Shown: positions 52,998 through 64,000 of the stretch, piece after piece
Numbering within the stretch: the stretch's first letter is position 1
Layout: every line of letters begins with the position of its first letter
From: Octopus sinensis
Taxonomy: Eukaryota
DNA: 64,000 bases
NCBI RefSeq assembly: GCF_006345805.1
Contig: NC_043013.1
Location: 2,914,001-2,978,000, forward strand
Direction: 5' to 3'
Notes under the pieces: model-generated
The model's input: the letters and a program-made list of their open reading frames with translations, nothing else
Database searches by the model: none
What the model was told of the DNA's origin: nothing
Position numbers and translations under genes: made by a program

Positions 52998-53278
52998 ACA
53001 TGATTTTTTTTTATAATGCCCAATGCTACGATTATTACTGGTATTGTTTTCACCTTCATGCCCCACATTTTGAATACTTCAACATCGTGGCCTTTATACT
53101 TTGACAATTTCTCCACTTCTTTTTGGACAAAATTTTTGATCAGAAGGGACTGCAATATCTACCAGTAAGTAGGGTTTCTTTTTCTCCAATCCTTGATTAT
53201 TATGTCTGAGCGATTAGCCTTTATTTCTATGTCGGTTTGAGCCGGCATATCCCAGATGATTTTGGCATGTTTGGCGCA

Positions 53279-53279
<1 letters not shown>
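52998..53279 (-). mobile_element. R4/Dong LINE restriction-like endonuclease fragment
   Basis: IIWDMPAQTDIEIKANRSDIII...KEVEKLSKY...MWGMKVKTIPVIIVALG. Confidence 0.85.
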
Positions 53280-53321
<42 letters not shown>

Positions 53322-53379
53322 GTTGTTGTTGTTGTTGTTGTTGTTGTTTTGTTGTTGTTGTTATTATTATTATTATTAT

Positions 53380-53680
53380 TCAGTAGTCTTGTTTTTATTA
53401 CGTGCTTTCACTTGCACTACTGAGCGCAGTTCAGTGTGCCTTGGGTACGTGCTGTGGTTAGTTGTGGTGCACTTATTTCCACTGTATTGAAAGCGTTTTA
53501 CAGAGAACGTGTGCGGTGCCTAGTACTGCTATTTTCTGTATGTTATATATACTAGTAAGTCCTAGTGTTTCTGTTATGTATTTGCCTGAATGTTTTTTAT
53601 CATACTTAATGTGCCTACTATGATAGGAACTGTTTCTGCTTTTAAGCTCCACATTCGAGTTACCTCTATTTCAAGATCTT
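53380..53680 (-). mobile_element. R4/Dong LINE 3' end
   Basis: KDLEIEVTRMWSLKAETVPIIVGTL, followed by a 3' UTR ending in (AAT)n. Confidence 0.8.
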
Positions 53681-53724
53681 TATTATCATTATTATTATTA
53701 TTGTTGTTGTTGTTGTTGTTGTTC

Positions 53725-54920
53725 ATTAGCATCTTCTTTCAACTCTGTTTCCATTTCTTGCCGAGTGTATTCCTGACACCTGGGGCAGAGAAACTTACTG
53801 CATACATTGGCAGGCCATTAAAATAAACACACTAGATTGTTCATTTACAAAGTCATGTGATAGTGAAAAAGGGAAAAATAAAATTAAAAAAAACTAAACA
53901 AATAAAAGGGGGGAAAAGGAAAGAAATTTCACAGTGACAATGCTCTTCTCAATATGTGTGATGTAACACTTAATACAGTCTTTTGCACTTACTGCATGGA
54001 TGGTAAGCCAGGGATCATTCTTAAATAATGTTCAGTTCCTTTTTCCACTGCACTACTGAGCGCAGCCTTCCTACAATCTCTGGTATTGTAACGGTCTTGA
54101 GATGCCACATATTTTCGATTTCGATTGGCAGATTGCTATATTTTCTGATATTATCAAATTCTTTTGCCGAGATAATATTGTCACGGGGCATGCTCATGTC
54201 AATCAATAAACAGACTTTATTGTTTTGGTCTTTCACAACAATATCTGGTTCATTTGCTTTGATGGCCCGGTCTGTATATACTGGGAAGTCCCAGAGAACA
54301 GTTACATTTTCTTCCTCACTTACAGCCTCTGGGTGGTGCTTATACCATTTGTCAGCAGTTTGATTTTATAATGCCGATACATTATCCAATATAGATATTG
54401 GCTAACTTTGTTATGTCTTGATTTGTACTCTACAACTTACAACCAGAGATTAGATGGTCCACTGTTTCTATCCCATCGTTGCAGTATCGGCACCTTGGGT
54501 CTACACCATTTTTCATCACATTGACTAGATAGTTCCGGTTCAACAAGCTCTGATCTTGGGCAGCCAAGATAAAGCCTTCACTCTCTGCCTTTAGCCCTGA
54601 GCTCCGTAGCCACTGATAGATGTACTCCTGGTCTGCATCAGCTTGTTTGCTACGGGCCACATATTTGTCTTGCAGAGGTTTTTGTTCCCACCTATCAGCC
54701 AATTGCTCAAACGCATTTTGCTTTCCTACTGATTTCAATTTCTTTGGAGTTACAGTTGCTGCGCTCCCATCATGCATAAACTAACTTGAAAATTTTTGGC
54801 TCTCTTTCATAATAGAATGAAGCCACTTACGTCTTTCATGGTTTTCAACGAGCATTAGCATCCAGTCGTTGACGTTTCAAGAAAACTGGTTGGTGTTGAG
54901 GCTATCAAAGCTGGTTCATT
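53725..54920 (-). mobile_element. R4/Dong LINE C-terminal fragment (CCHC + REL)
   Basis: WLRSSGLKAESEGFILAAQDQSL, CRYC..GIETVDHLISGC and LWDFPVYTDRAIKANEPDIVV. Confidence 0.9.
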
Positions 54921-54932
54921 GTAGGTGGGAAT

Positions 54933-54999
<67 letters not shown>

Positions 55000-55289
55000 G
55001 TGTGGTGTGTATGAGTGTGTGCGTGTGTGTGCGTGTGCATGCATGCATATATATGTATATGTATGTATGTACGTACGTATGTATGTATGTATATTATATA
55101 TATATATATATGTATGTATGTATGTATATATCAAAACACTTCATTTCACGTTACTCCAGTCCACTCAGATGGCAAAAGTGAGTAATCCTGCGTCCCGTCC
55201 AGGTGGGGAATTTCTACGCCACTGAAACCGGGAAACCAGCTCTTACGAGCCTGGCATGGCTCGAGAAGGAACATTTTATAAATATATAT

Positions 55290-55693
55290 TCTTTTACTCT
55301 TTTACTTGTTTCAGTCATTTGACTGTGGCCATGCTGGAGCACCACCTTTAATCGAGCAACTCGACCCCGGGACTTATTCTTTTTTAAGCCCAGTACTTAT
55401 TATATCGGTCTCTTTTGCCGAACCGCTAAGTAAGTGGGACATAAACACACCAGCATCGGTTGTCAACCAATGCTAGGGGCACAAACACAGACACACAAAC
55501 ACACACGCATATATATATATACATATATACGACGGGCTTCTTTCAGTTTCCGTCTACCAAATCCACTCACAAGGCTTTGATCGTCCCGAGGCTATAGTAG
55601 AAGACACTTGCCCAAGGTGCCACGCAGTGGGACTGAACCCGGAACCATGTGGTTGGTAAACAAGCTACTTACCAGACAGCCACTCCTGCGCCT
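55290..55693 (-). mobile_element. SINE family A, full length
   Basis: Reverse complement of family A from head to (AAAAGAGT) tail. Confidence 0.9.
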
Positions 55694-56311
55694 ATATATA
55701 TGCATAAATGAATAAAATAATATAAATAATATATATGTGCATATATATATACATATATGTACATTCTTACATGTATATGAACATACATATGCATACATGG
55801 GCACAGGACGTTACAGAATGTAAACAACATGAAAAACTGAAATACGAAAACCTGGAATGCGAACCTTTTTTGCGAACAACAAAAGAAATATATGGAAAAC
55901 AAGACAAGAAACATAAAAGACGACCCTTCATCAGTATTTCGAGCAATTCACGACAAGATACATCTTCGAGAAAACAGTTGCTCCCACAAAGCAAATTAAA
56001 TAAATTTTGGGAGTTTACGGAGGGTCAAATTTGGTAACAAAAACAGGACAGTGAAAACAAACAGGAAGGGCTGTTAAGCCATAACGAGGTGAGTTGGCGA
56101 ACGCGGAGGAACAAGCGCCGACAGTAGACAGACAAGAATGTTTCCTATCCTAGCAGCTGATCGGAAGGAAAGAAGGCAAGATGACCAATGGTCACGTGCG
56201 AGCTTCGAGAGAGCAAATGAGTAAGAGTGAGGGAGAGAGGGGGACAGACAGAGAACGGCGAAGGAGAGAGGAAAAGAATTAGAGAAAGGATGAGAGAGAA
56301 AAACAAAAGGG

Positions 56312-56346
<35 letters not shown>

Positions 56347-56384
56347 AAATATGTTAATATTTATATATTAGAAATATGTTAAAA

Positions 56385-57091
56385 ATAGAGAATAGACAAG
56401 CAAAGCCTGTAGTACAACTTTAGAGTCTTTAATTTATAATTTATAATTCAAACCTAGTGCAGAGTAGTTATAGTAAATAAGTAAAGTCTCTTACAGCTGT
56501 TTCTAGAATAACTAAGCATGCTGGGCATGCGTTGTTGAGCAAGGGTTTCCACGCAAGCTAAGTATTCAGTCATCGGGGAGAGAGACAGCGAAAGAGAGAG
56601 AGGGAAAGAGAAAATATCCTTAAGCAAAAATGGTTGTAGTTGTTGAATAACTAAGGAGTGTCGAAAGTGGAAATATAATATTGGTTGATAGTTCCATGGT
56701 GGGAGAATTAAGGAAATCCTTCGCTAACAATAATATCCGATATCAGTTCCATTGTTGAAGTAAGAAAGAAAATCCGAAGTAAAAGACGATAGAAGTTATT
56801 GGTTCCACCTTTGAAAAGAAGATGGAACCAATGAGGTTGACGAGCTGGCAGAGTGGTTAGCACGCCGGGCGAAATGCGCAGTGGTATTTCGTCTGTCGTT
56901 ACGCTCTGAGTTCAAATTCCGCCGAGGTCGACTTTGCCTTTCATCCTTTCGGGGTCGATAAATTAAGTACCAGTTACGCACTGGGATCGATGTAATCGAC
57001 TTAATCCGTTTGTCTGTCCTTGTTTGTCCCTTCTATTGTTAGCCCCTTGTGGGTAATAAAGAAATAGGTATAGTGAGGGCATTTATGGGGG

Positions 57092-57131
<40 letters not shown>

Positions 57132-57375
57132 TATATAATATATATAATATTATATATATATTAATATATATATATATAAGTATATAAGTATATAAGTATA
57201 TATATAAGTATATATATAAGTATATAAGTATATAAGTATATATACACGTGTATACAATACATACACAGGCATGTACACATATAAACATACATGCCGAAAC
57301 ACATTGCCTATACATTATACGCACATAGAGACACACAGACGTACACTCACATACTCACGCGCGCAGTCATGGACA
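56385..57375 (+). repeat. About 1-kb unclassified interspersed repeat, copy 2
   Basis: Paralogous to 44385-45425. Confidence 0.8.
56840..57070 (+). mobile_element. SINE family B
   Basis: Matches the family B sequence. Confidence 0.88.
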
Positions 57376-58261
57376 TATAGGTGCGTATAGACATACACAC
57401 ATATACACACTTACATACATGCAAACATACATACACACAAATATATGTATATGTGTGTGTGTGTATATACATATAAAGTAGCAATATACATGTATGTATA
57501 TAGTCATATACAGACGCATACACGCACAATCATTCGTTGTTGTTGTTAGTGATGGTGATGAGATATTCTTGTCGTTCATGTTGTTGTTATTGTTGTTGTG
57601 GTAGTGGTGGTGGTGGTGACAGCGGCGGTGGCGGCAGCAGCACTGGTTGTGAAAGGGGACGTTGTAAATCCATCTGGAAAAACCATTCCGTGCTTATATG
57701 TGTGTGTGGTGATGACGAAGTAAGTGTGAGTGACAGTAGATGTTATTGTGTCAGCGCTGGCGGGGTTGTTTCTGGTGGTGACGTCGGAGTCCGGCGGTGG
57801 TACGATTATATCACATGTTATGATACTAGGATATATGATCTCTTCTGGAATGTTTCCCACTGTGTCCCACGAAACAACGCTCTCCACGGAATATGAAGTG
57901 TAAGGAAGAGCGTGAAGCGAAAGCGGCAGGAGTGGTGCTGTTTGCTTAGAGATTTCGGTAGAGGTGTACAATGAAGCGAGGAAGGCGAACATATTGTAGG
58001 ATAAAGAGAATTTAGACCCTCCTCTATTATGAACCCAATAACACTCTGGGATTGGTGTTCATAAGTGTGTATGGATATTTCTTAAGTTACTTTGCTTAAT
58101 AATATGCGTGCGCATGCTCAAGTGCGCACGCATGCGTTCTTGTGAATGTAGTATCTGCGTTTAGAAGCATGCTCTTACAAATGTACATATATATACATAC
58201 ACAGACATTTATATTTTGTGCATATAAATTTTGTGTGTATAAATACATTTAAATATAGATG

Positions 58262-58943
58262 TTGGGTTGTGTGGTAAGAAGCTTGCTTCCCCAACCACAT
58301 GGGGGAAGTGTCTTCTACTATAACCTCAGGCTGACCAAAGCCTTGTGAATGGATTTGGTAGACGGAAACTGGAAGAAGCCAGTCGCGCGCGTATGTGTGT
58401 GTGCGTCTGTGTCTGTGTTTTTAACCCACCACCGCTTGACAACGATGTCGGTGTGTTTACGTTTCCGTAACTTAACTGTTCTTGGTTAGATTCATGTGTA
58501 TTTGTATGTGTATGTGTGTGGGGGCCTGTGTGTACATGTGTGCATCTATATGTATATGTCTTTGTGTCTGTGTTTTTACCGCCGTCATCGCTTGACAACC
58601 GGCGTCGGTGTGTTTACGTCCCCGTAACTTAGCGATAGGGCAAAAGCGACCAATAGAATAAGTACTAAGCTTTAAAAAATATGTCTTTGGATCGACTTTC
58701 TTCGATTAAAACCCTTTAAACGGTGCTCCAGAATGGCTGCAGTCAAATGACTCAAATAAGTAAAATTATAAAAGAAAAAGAATAATATATATACATACAT
58801 ACATACATACATACATACATACATACATACACACTCTGAGGCTAGAGTAGAAAACACTAGCCTAATATACCACGCAGTGAGATTGAACTCAGAACCATGT
58901 GGTTGGGAAGCAATCTTCTTACCATACAGCCACGCCTACGCCT
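58262..58943. mobile_element. Diverged SINE family A copies (58262-58775 + with internal duplication; 58838-58943 -)
   Basis: Similarity to family A segments. Confidence 0.7.
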
Positions 58944-59786
58944 ATGTTCATCTGGAATATCTTCCTTGTTCACATTTTCCTTAATGAAATAAAGTTCACA
59001 GTAAAAACTAAAGACATTGACCTCCTTATTGTAGGACAGTGGGTCTCAGTCGGAGTCCATATGGCCACTGAGGGTTCATATAAGATCCACACAGTAAAAT
59101 AGTAAATTGGGTATTCACAAAACTGTTTTAAAGGCCCCTGAAAGTATTCCGTTTTAGATGTGTGTATTGGTATGTACTGCAAGAAACAGTTCGGTTTCTT
59201 TCATTTTACGTAGTCCAATCAACACAAATTAATATGTGAAAAATAAAATCGGAATTTTGAAAGACATTTCTATAAAACTAGTTTTTAAACAACGAATGGC
59301 TCTGGGAGTCCACCAGGCTAAAATAATAACGGAAGGGGGGCATAGGTAGCTCTGGGAGAACGGTATGAACCGAACCAACGAAGGAGCTTTTACCTCGTCG
59401 TTCGATCTGCTACACACAGCAGTCAAATTTCTTTCAAATTATATGCTACCGTCTTTAAAAATTCCTGTTAAATAATGTTGCTTTGGATTCCACTCAGATA
59501 CGAAAAAAACCAAAAAAAAAAAGCAGATGGTCACGGGTAGAATACCTTTAACTGGGTCTGCTCGATCAGAGCTGACCCGAGGCTATACAACAACCATATA
59601 AGCTTCAGTTGGCGATTCTTCAGATCTGGCTACATGATATAAAATAGATCCGATCAATTAATTCTTTTCTATACCAGCGTACACATTTACTCATTTAGTC
59701 TAATAAAGATAATAATACATACGTACGCACAAACGCACGCGCACGCATACACGTATGTATATATGTATGTATGTCTGTATGAGTTC

Positions 59787-59827
<41 letters not shown>

Positions 59828-59962
59828 GTTATTTAAATTTTAAGAAAGATGTTTCTAATCAAGCGATAGAATTAGCTAGTTTCTAAATTTAATTTAGTAT
59901 TATTCTTTCATTTCGCAACTCCCCTCTCTACACTCTTTTTCTTTCTGAATCTCTCTCTCTCT

Positions 59963-59996
<34 letters not shown>

Positions 59997-60010
59997 TTCT
60001 CTCTCTCTCT

Positions 60011-60043
<33 letters not shown>

Positions 60044-60696
60044 TTCTTTCTCTCGCCACACACACACACTTACTATCAGACACATACGCAACTACATGCA
60101 TGCTTAGAAATACTTGCAACAATGAACATCATTATTTTTCTCCAATTATTCTGTAAATTCCTATTTTACTCCAGTCGACCAATTATTTCATGAAATCTAT
60201 TTAAAAATAAAATTGAAATATTCCAGTCTTTCTTTTTGTCTCTCTCCCCTCTCTCACCCCTCTCTCACCCCTCTCTCACCCCTCTCTCACCCCTCTCTCC
60301 CCGTGCATGTACACCTTTCTACATGTAATGTGCAGTGTACTTTTATACTGGCATACAAAATCGTTATTATATATTATATATTATATCCATACATTCATTT
60401 ATACTATATATATACTATATATACTATATATACATATATACTATATATATATTCTTGGTCAAGTGATTAAAGAAGCCGCTTCACAATCTCGAAATTTTGA
60501 GTTCGATCCCATTGTATGGCATCTTGGACAAATGACTTTATCACAATCTCTGATTGACCTAACGCTTGTGAGTGCAACAGGGTAGACGGAATTCCATTTG
60601 ATGGATTGTAACCGTCATTCAAAGATCCGGTTTTGCCTCACAGTGTAACACGCTGATTCTACGTGAAGAACATGAAAGGTGTGTGAGTGTGTGTGT

Positions 60697-60731
<35 letters not shown>

Positions 60732-60804
60732 ATTTGTGAAATACTCAGCTACTGATTGAGTAAGTAGGTAATAATAAGTCAACAATAATGGAAGTGCACT
60801 ACAA

Positions 60805-61101
60805 GTTCCTGGTAGGGCCACCCAAGGCGGATTGGTCTGACACCGAGTGGTATTAGGGCCACAACCCGGCAGACGGGGCTCTGGTGAAAATCCTTGGAGT
60901 GTCTGTTTCGGCAACCGGCGGCTCCTCGGTCGTTCTGTCCCTGCGTCTGCGGACAATCTGCGGCAAACAGGATGTCTCTACATGCGGGATTGTTGGGGAC
61001 CGCTTGTCAAATCCACATATTCCCACGAAACTTCTTCCAAGGTGGAAGGAGCCGACTCAACCCGCCCAGGGTGAATGTCGCCACAAGTACAAGTAAGTAA
61101 G
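60805..61101 (+). mobile_element. RTE-derived short element, 5'-truncated copy
   Basis: Reverse complement of about 33623-33918; tail CAAGTACAAGTAAGTAAG. Confidence 0.7.
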
Positions 61102-61227
61102 CTTACTTCTTCGTATAGGGTCGTATGTATTGTCAAGTTTAAGAAATAAATAGATATTATTATATGTATCGTATACGTCTCCCGGGTTTCATTATACAAA
61201 CTTGTGTGAGTGTATGTATGTGTGTGT

Positions 61228-61294
<67 letters not shown>

Positions 61295-61892
61295 CACAAG
61301 CCGTGTACTTGTTGCATCGTGTAACAAAATACCACAGAAAATGTCAGTTCACGTTTTGTGTTTAAGCCAGTAACGCAAGGACGAGACGTAACATAGGTGA
61401 TGAACACAGTGACATCAATATGATAAAGATATTCCAGCAATTAACCTCAAAACACTGCAGCAGTCTATAGTACATATTACCTTACTCAGTAAAATCGCGT
61501 GCGCGCGCGCATTTAATTTAAAAATTAACGATTAAGATTTCAGTATAAATGAAAGATGCACTAATCTCGGGTAGATAAAGTACATGACCTGTACCGGGAT
61601 TTGAATCTCTTAGGTACTGCATAGCATTACTATCGCATTACCAATTTCACACGTTTTTCCTATGGATACGTTTGCTTATAGAATTTTACAGTACCCCACT
61701 ATATATGAACTAAGGTACCCTCCGACCGTTAATTTTATAGTCACTCAAGTCCCAGACGATAAATTTAGACGCACACACACATACATACATACATACATAC
61801 ATACATACATACATACATACATACATACATACATACATACACACGCATACACACACACACACACACACACAACACACACCACACACACACAC

Positions 61893-62080
61893 TCGTCATG
61901 ATAGATCGTTAGCCACTACACACACTTTTTTCTCTCCTTGTCTTTTCTGTGTCCCTTTCTGTAGAAGAGCGTAGGCTCGAAATGTAAAAGACTTTTTCTA
62001 TTCCTGAGCGTTATACTAATACATCTGTTTGTACACCACCTGTCTTCGTCTTTTGTTTTTTTCGTAAACTCTCCCTATAT
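61893..62080 (+). mobile_element. Hammerhead-bearing short element, family C
   Basis: CTTT-CTGTAGA-A-GAGC-GTAG-GCTC-GAAA-TG-TA-AAAG at 61955-61990. Confidence 0.7.
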
Positions 62081-62350
62081 ATATATATATATATATATAT
62101 GCATGTATATATATAAAATATAGCGCTTTCTAATTTCTTGTACTATCTTCGTTGAATTTGGTTCAGCAAAGTGGACTTATCTTAGATTCCGTATCCGACA
62201 CATGATAAAAGCGTAGAGGTTTCTTCTTTTGAACTTGTCACAACGGTAGTCTCAACCGACACAAAACACCAAGTATTAATAATACAATGTAGGTTGAAAT
62301 AAATGTTGTGCCAACTTGTATCACACACACACACACACACACACACACAC

Positions 62351-62398
<48 letters not shown>

Positions 62399-62517
62399 CA
62401 CACAAACACACACACAAACACACACGCACGCACACACACACACACGCAACACACACAGCCTTTACATGCCATATAGTATTAGTCAGATAGTATCTGCTAA
62501 ACAGTGTCGAAAAATAA

Positions 62518-62961
62518 TACATCGAACAAGTGCTCAAAAAACGGCTCGACAGTGAAAACCTTAAGAAGTCCTCATTCTGTGATGATGTCCCATCTGAACC
62601 CAGAAGCACTGGAGTAGCATACCTCAACAATGATTTCGAAGAGAAACACTCTGCATATCACAAAAATGGATGCATCGGTTTGTTTCCCGTAAATGAAGAT
62701 GACGATATTAACATAAAGTGTACCCTCTCTTGGTCGCGTTACCATTACATCGCGTTACGTCTCGAACATTATGCCTTTTGCAATCCAATGAAATATCAAA
62801 TGTATAAAGGAGACAATGAGGTCCTTAATCTCTGCAGATGCAACTGTAAATGTCGACTATGTCACTCTTCTGTCGAGGATATAACACTTGTAACCGGAAC
62901 TCTCCCCCAAAATGTCATCGATGTACGACTGCCTTCCACTGAGACATGGTGTCGTTGCTAA
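62518..62961 (+). CDS. Candidate Cys-rich coding exon, unassigned
   Basis: 147 open non-repetitive codons with 11 Cys, ending WCRC-stop. No ATG near the start and no convincing splice acceptor. Confidence 0.25.
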   Translation, partial: YIEQVLKKRLDSENLKKSSFCDDVPSEPRSTGVAYLNNDFEEKHSAYHKNGCIGLFPVNEDDDINIKCTLSWSRYHYIALRLEHYAFCNPMKYQMYKGDNEVLNLCRCNCKCRLCHSSVEDITLVTGTLPQNVIDVRLPSTETWCRC

Positions 62962-62986
62962 AGCATTATAAACAGAAAATACGACC

Positions 62987-63112
62987 CTACCTTCGTTCAT
63001 TATTTACATTATTTATATTTGACGGATATTTGTCCTCATCTTGTTTGTTGTAAACACAACCTTTCGGCTGATATACCCTCCAGCCTTCATCAGGTGCCTT
63101 GGGGAAATAATA
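62987..63112 (-). mobile_element. Hammerhead-bearing short element (canonical CUGAUGA)
   Basis: Minus strand 63054-63097 reads GCAC-CTGATGA-A-GGCTG-10nt-CAGCC-GAAA-GG-TT-GTGT; abuts (TA)n. Confidence 0.7.
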
Positions 63113-63113
63113 C

Positions 63114-63174
<61 letters not shown>

Positions 63175-63524
63175 ACGTGTGCTCGCGTATATGTGTATCA
63201 TCGTCGGCTGTTTTCTTCTGACCAAGAATTCCAGTTCCTTCATGACCCAGTGCGTCTACCATAATGAAGCTGACGACTAAGAATGCCTATACTCACATAA
63301 AACTAGTGGAAACAAAGATGGCGAAGTTGTTGTATCTTGCTTTCTTTAGGATTATTCACCAACTTTTCTTTTACTTGGAGTTCAAAATGGTTGTTCCGTA
63401 GTAATTGAGTGATAAAGAAGTACAAATTGGAGCGGTTCTGCGTTTCAGTTTCCCATGTTTTCGCTTCAATTCCAACAATTCTGAAGGCTGATTTTTATTA
63501 GATATTTATATATAACTTAGTTTC

Positions 63525-64000
63525 GGATCAAAACATAACAGACCAAAATGTAGCCAGAGACGTACAGCCTAAAGGAAGCATCCAAAATCTCTCCAAACTG
63601 AACTTCCACAAAGCGGACTGGAAATCGATCCGAAAGTGATCCTAAGACGGGACTGGCCAAAATGTCTCTCCACACCAGACATTGGCATGAAACTAGAATA
63701 TTTTATGTCTGTTATGCAAACTATATGCCAGAAATACGTCCCAGAGCACAAGGCCAATACAAAAAGGGATTCCAAGATTCCAAGGGAGAGGAAGATCTTC
63801 ATGAGACGACGGATGAAGGTTGCAAATCGCTTCAATCACCATCCCAAAAGTAGTGAAAGGTCCCGCCTAAAAACAACGCAGATGGAGATTGAAAAAAGTC
63901 TGCGACAATCCTATGTGAGGTAGAGAGCAGACAAAGAAGCCTGGCCTGAAGTTAAACCCAAAGGCCTTTCATTATGCCAAATAAACAGCTTTAGTACGCT
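63525..64000 (+). mobile_element. CR1-like LINE ORF2 fragment (linker between EN and RT), runs off the window
   Basis: LNFHKADWKSI, ICQKYVP and PKAFHYAK are typical of this linker. Confidence 0.7.

Noticed and set aside
57576-57992. 138-aa minus-strand ORF with ATG
   Set aside because: No recognisable motif, the end is microsatellite-derived and the length is compatible with chance. It cannot be excluded without RNA data.

Overview
This is AT-rich, microsatellite-saturated eukaryotic non-coding DNA with one 100-N assembly gap (11341-11440). The SINE and repeat repertoire suggests a mollusc, probably an octopus; that assignment is an inference. No intact protein-coding gene, rRNA, tRNA gene or CRISPR array is supported, and almost all tracked ORFs are translated microsatellites. 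The window is a layered graveyard of mobile elements: a Tigger/pogo element, Tc1/mariner remnants, hAT-type MITEs, a TIR element carrying internal TTAGGG repeats, CR1-like and R4/Dong LINE remnants, RTE-derived mini-elements, Penelope-like element (PLE) fragments and at least four tRNA-derived SINE families. The most interesting signals are: (1) about 15 minimal hammerhead-ribozyme-like motifs in short elements mostly lodged in (TA)n tracts, with recurrent non-canonical cores (CUGUNGA, CCGACGA) and inverted-repeat architecture; (2) a 2.3-kb TSD-flanked, ORF1-only (CCHC knuckle) L1/Tx1-like element inserted in a SINE's tRNA head; (3) a same-orientation pile-up of R4/Dong elements plus a non-coding passenger in a (TAA)n array; (4) a Cys-rich ORF at 62518-62961 that is the only candidate host exon. 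All alignments and motifs were read by eye; no searches were run.
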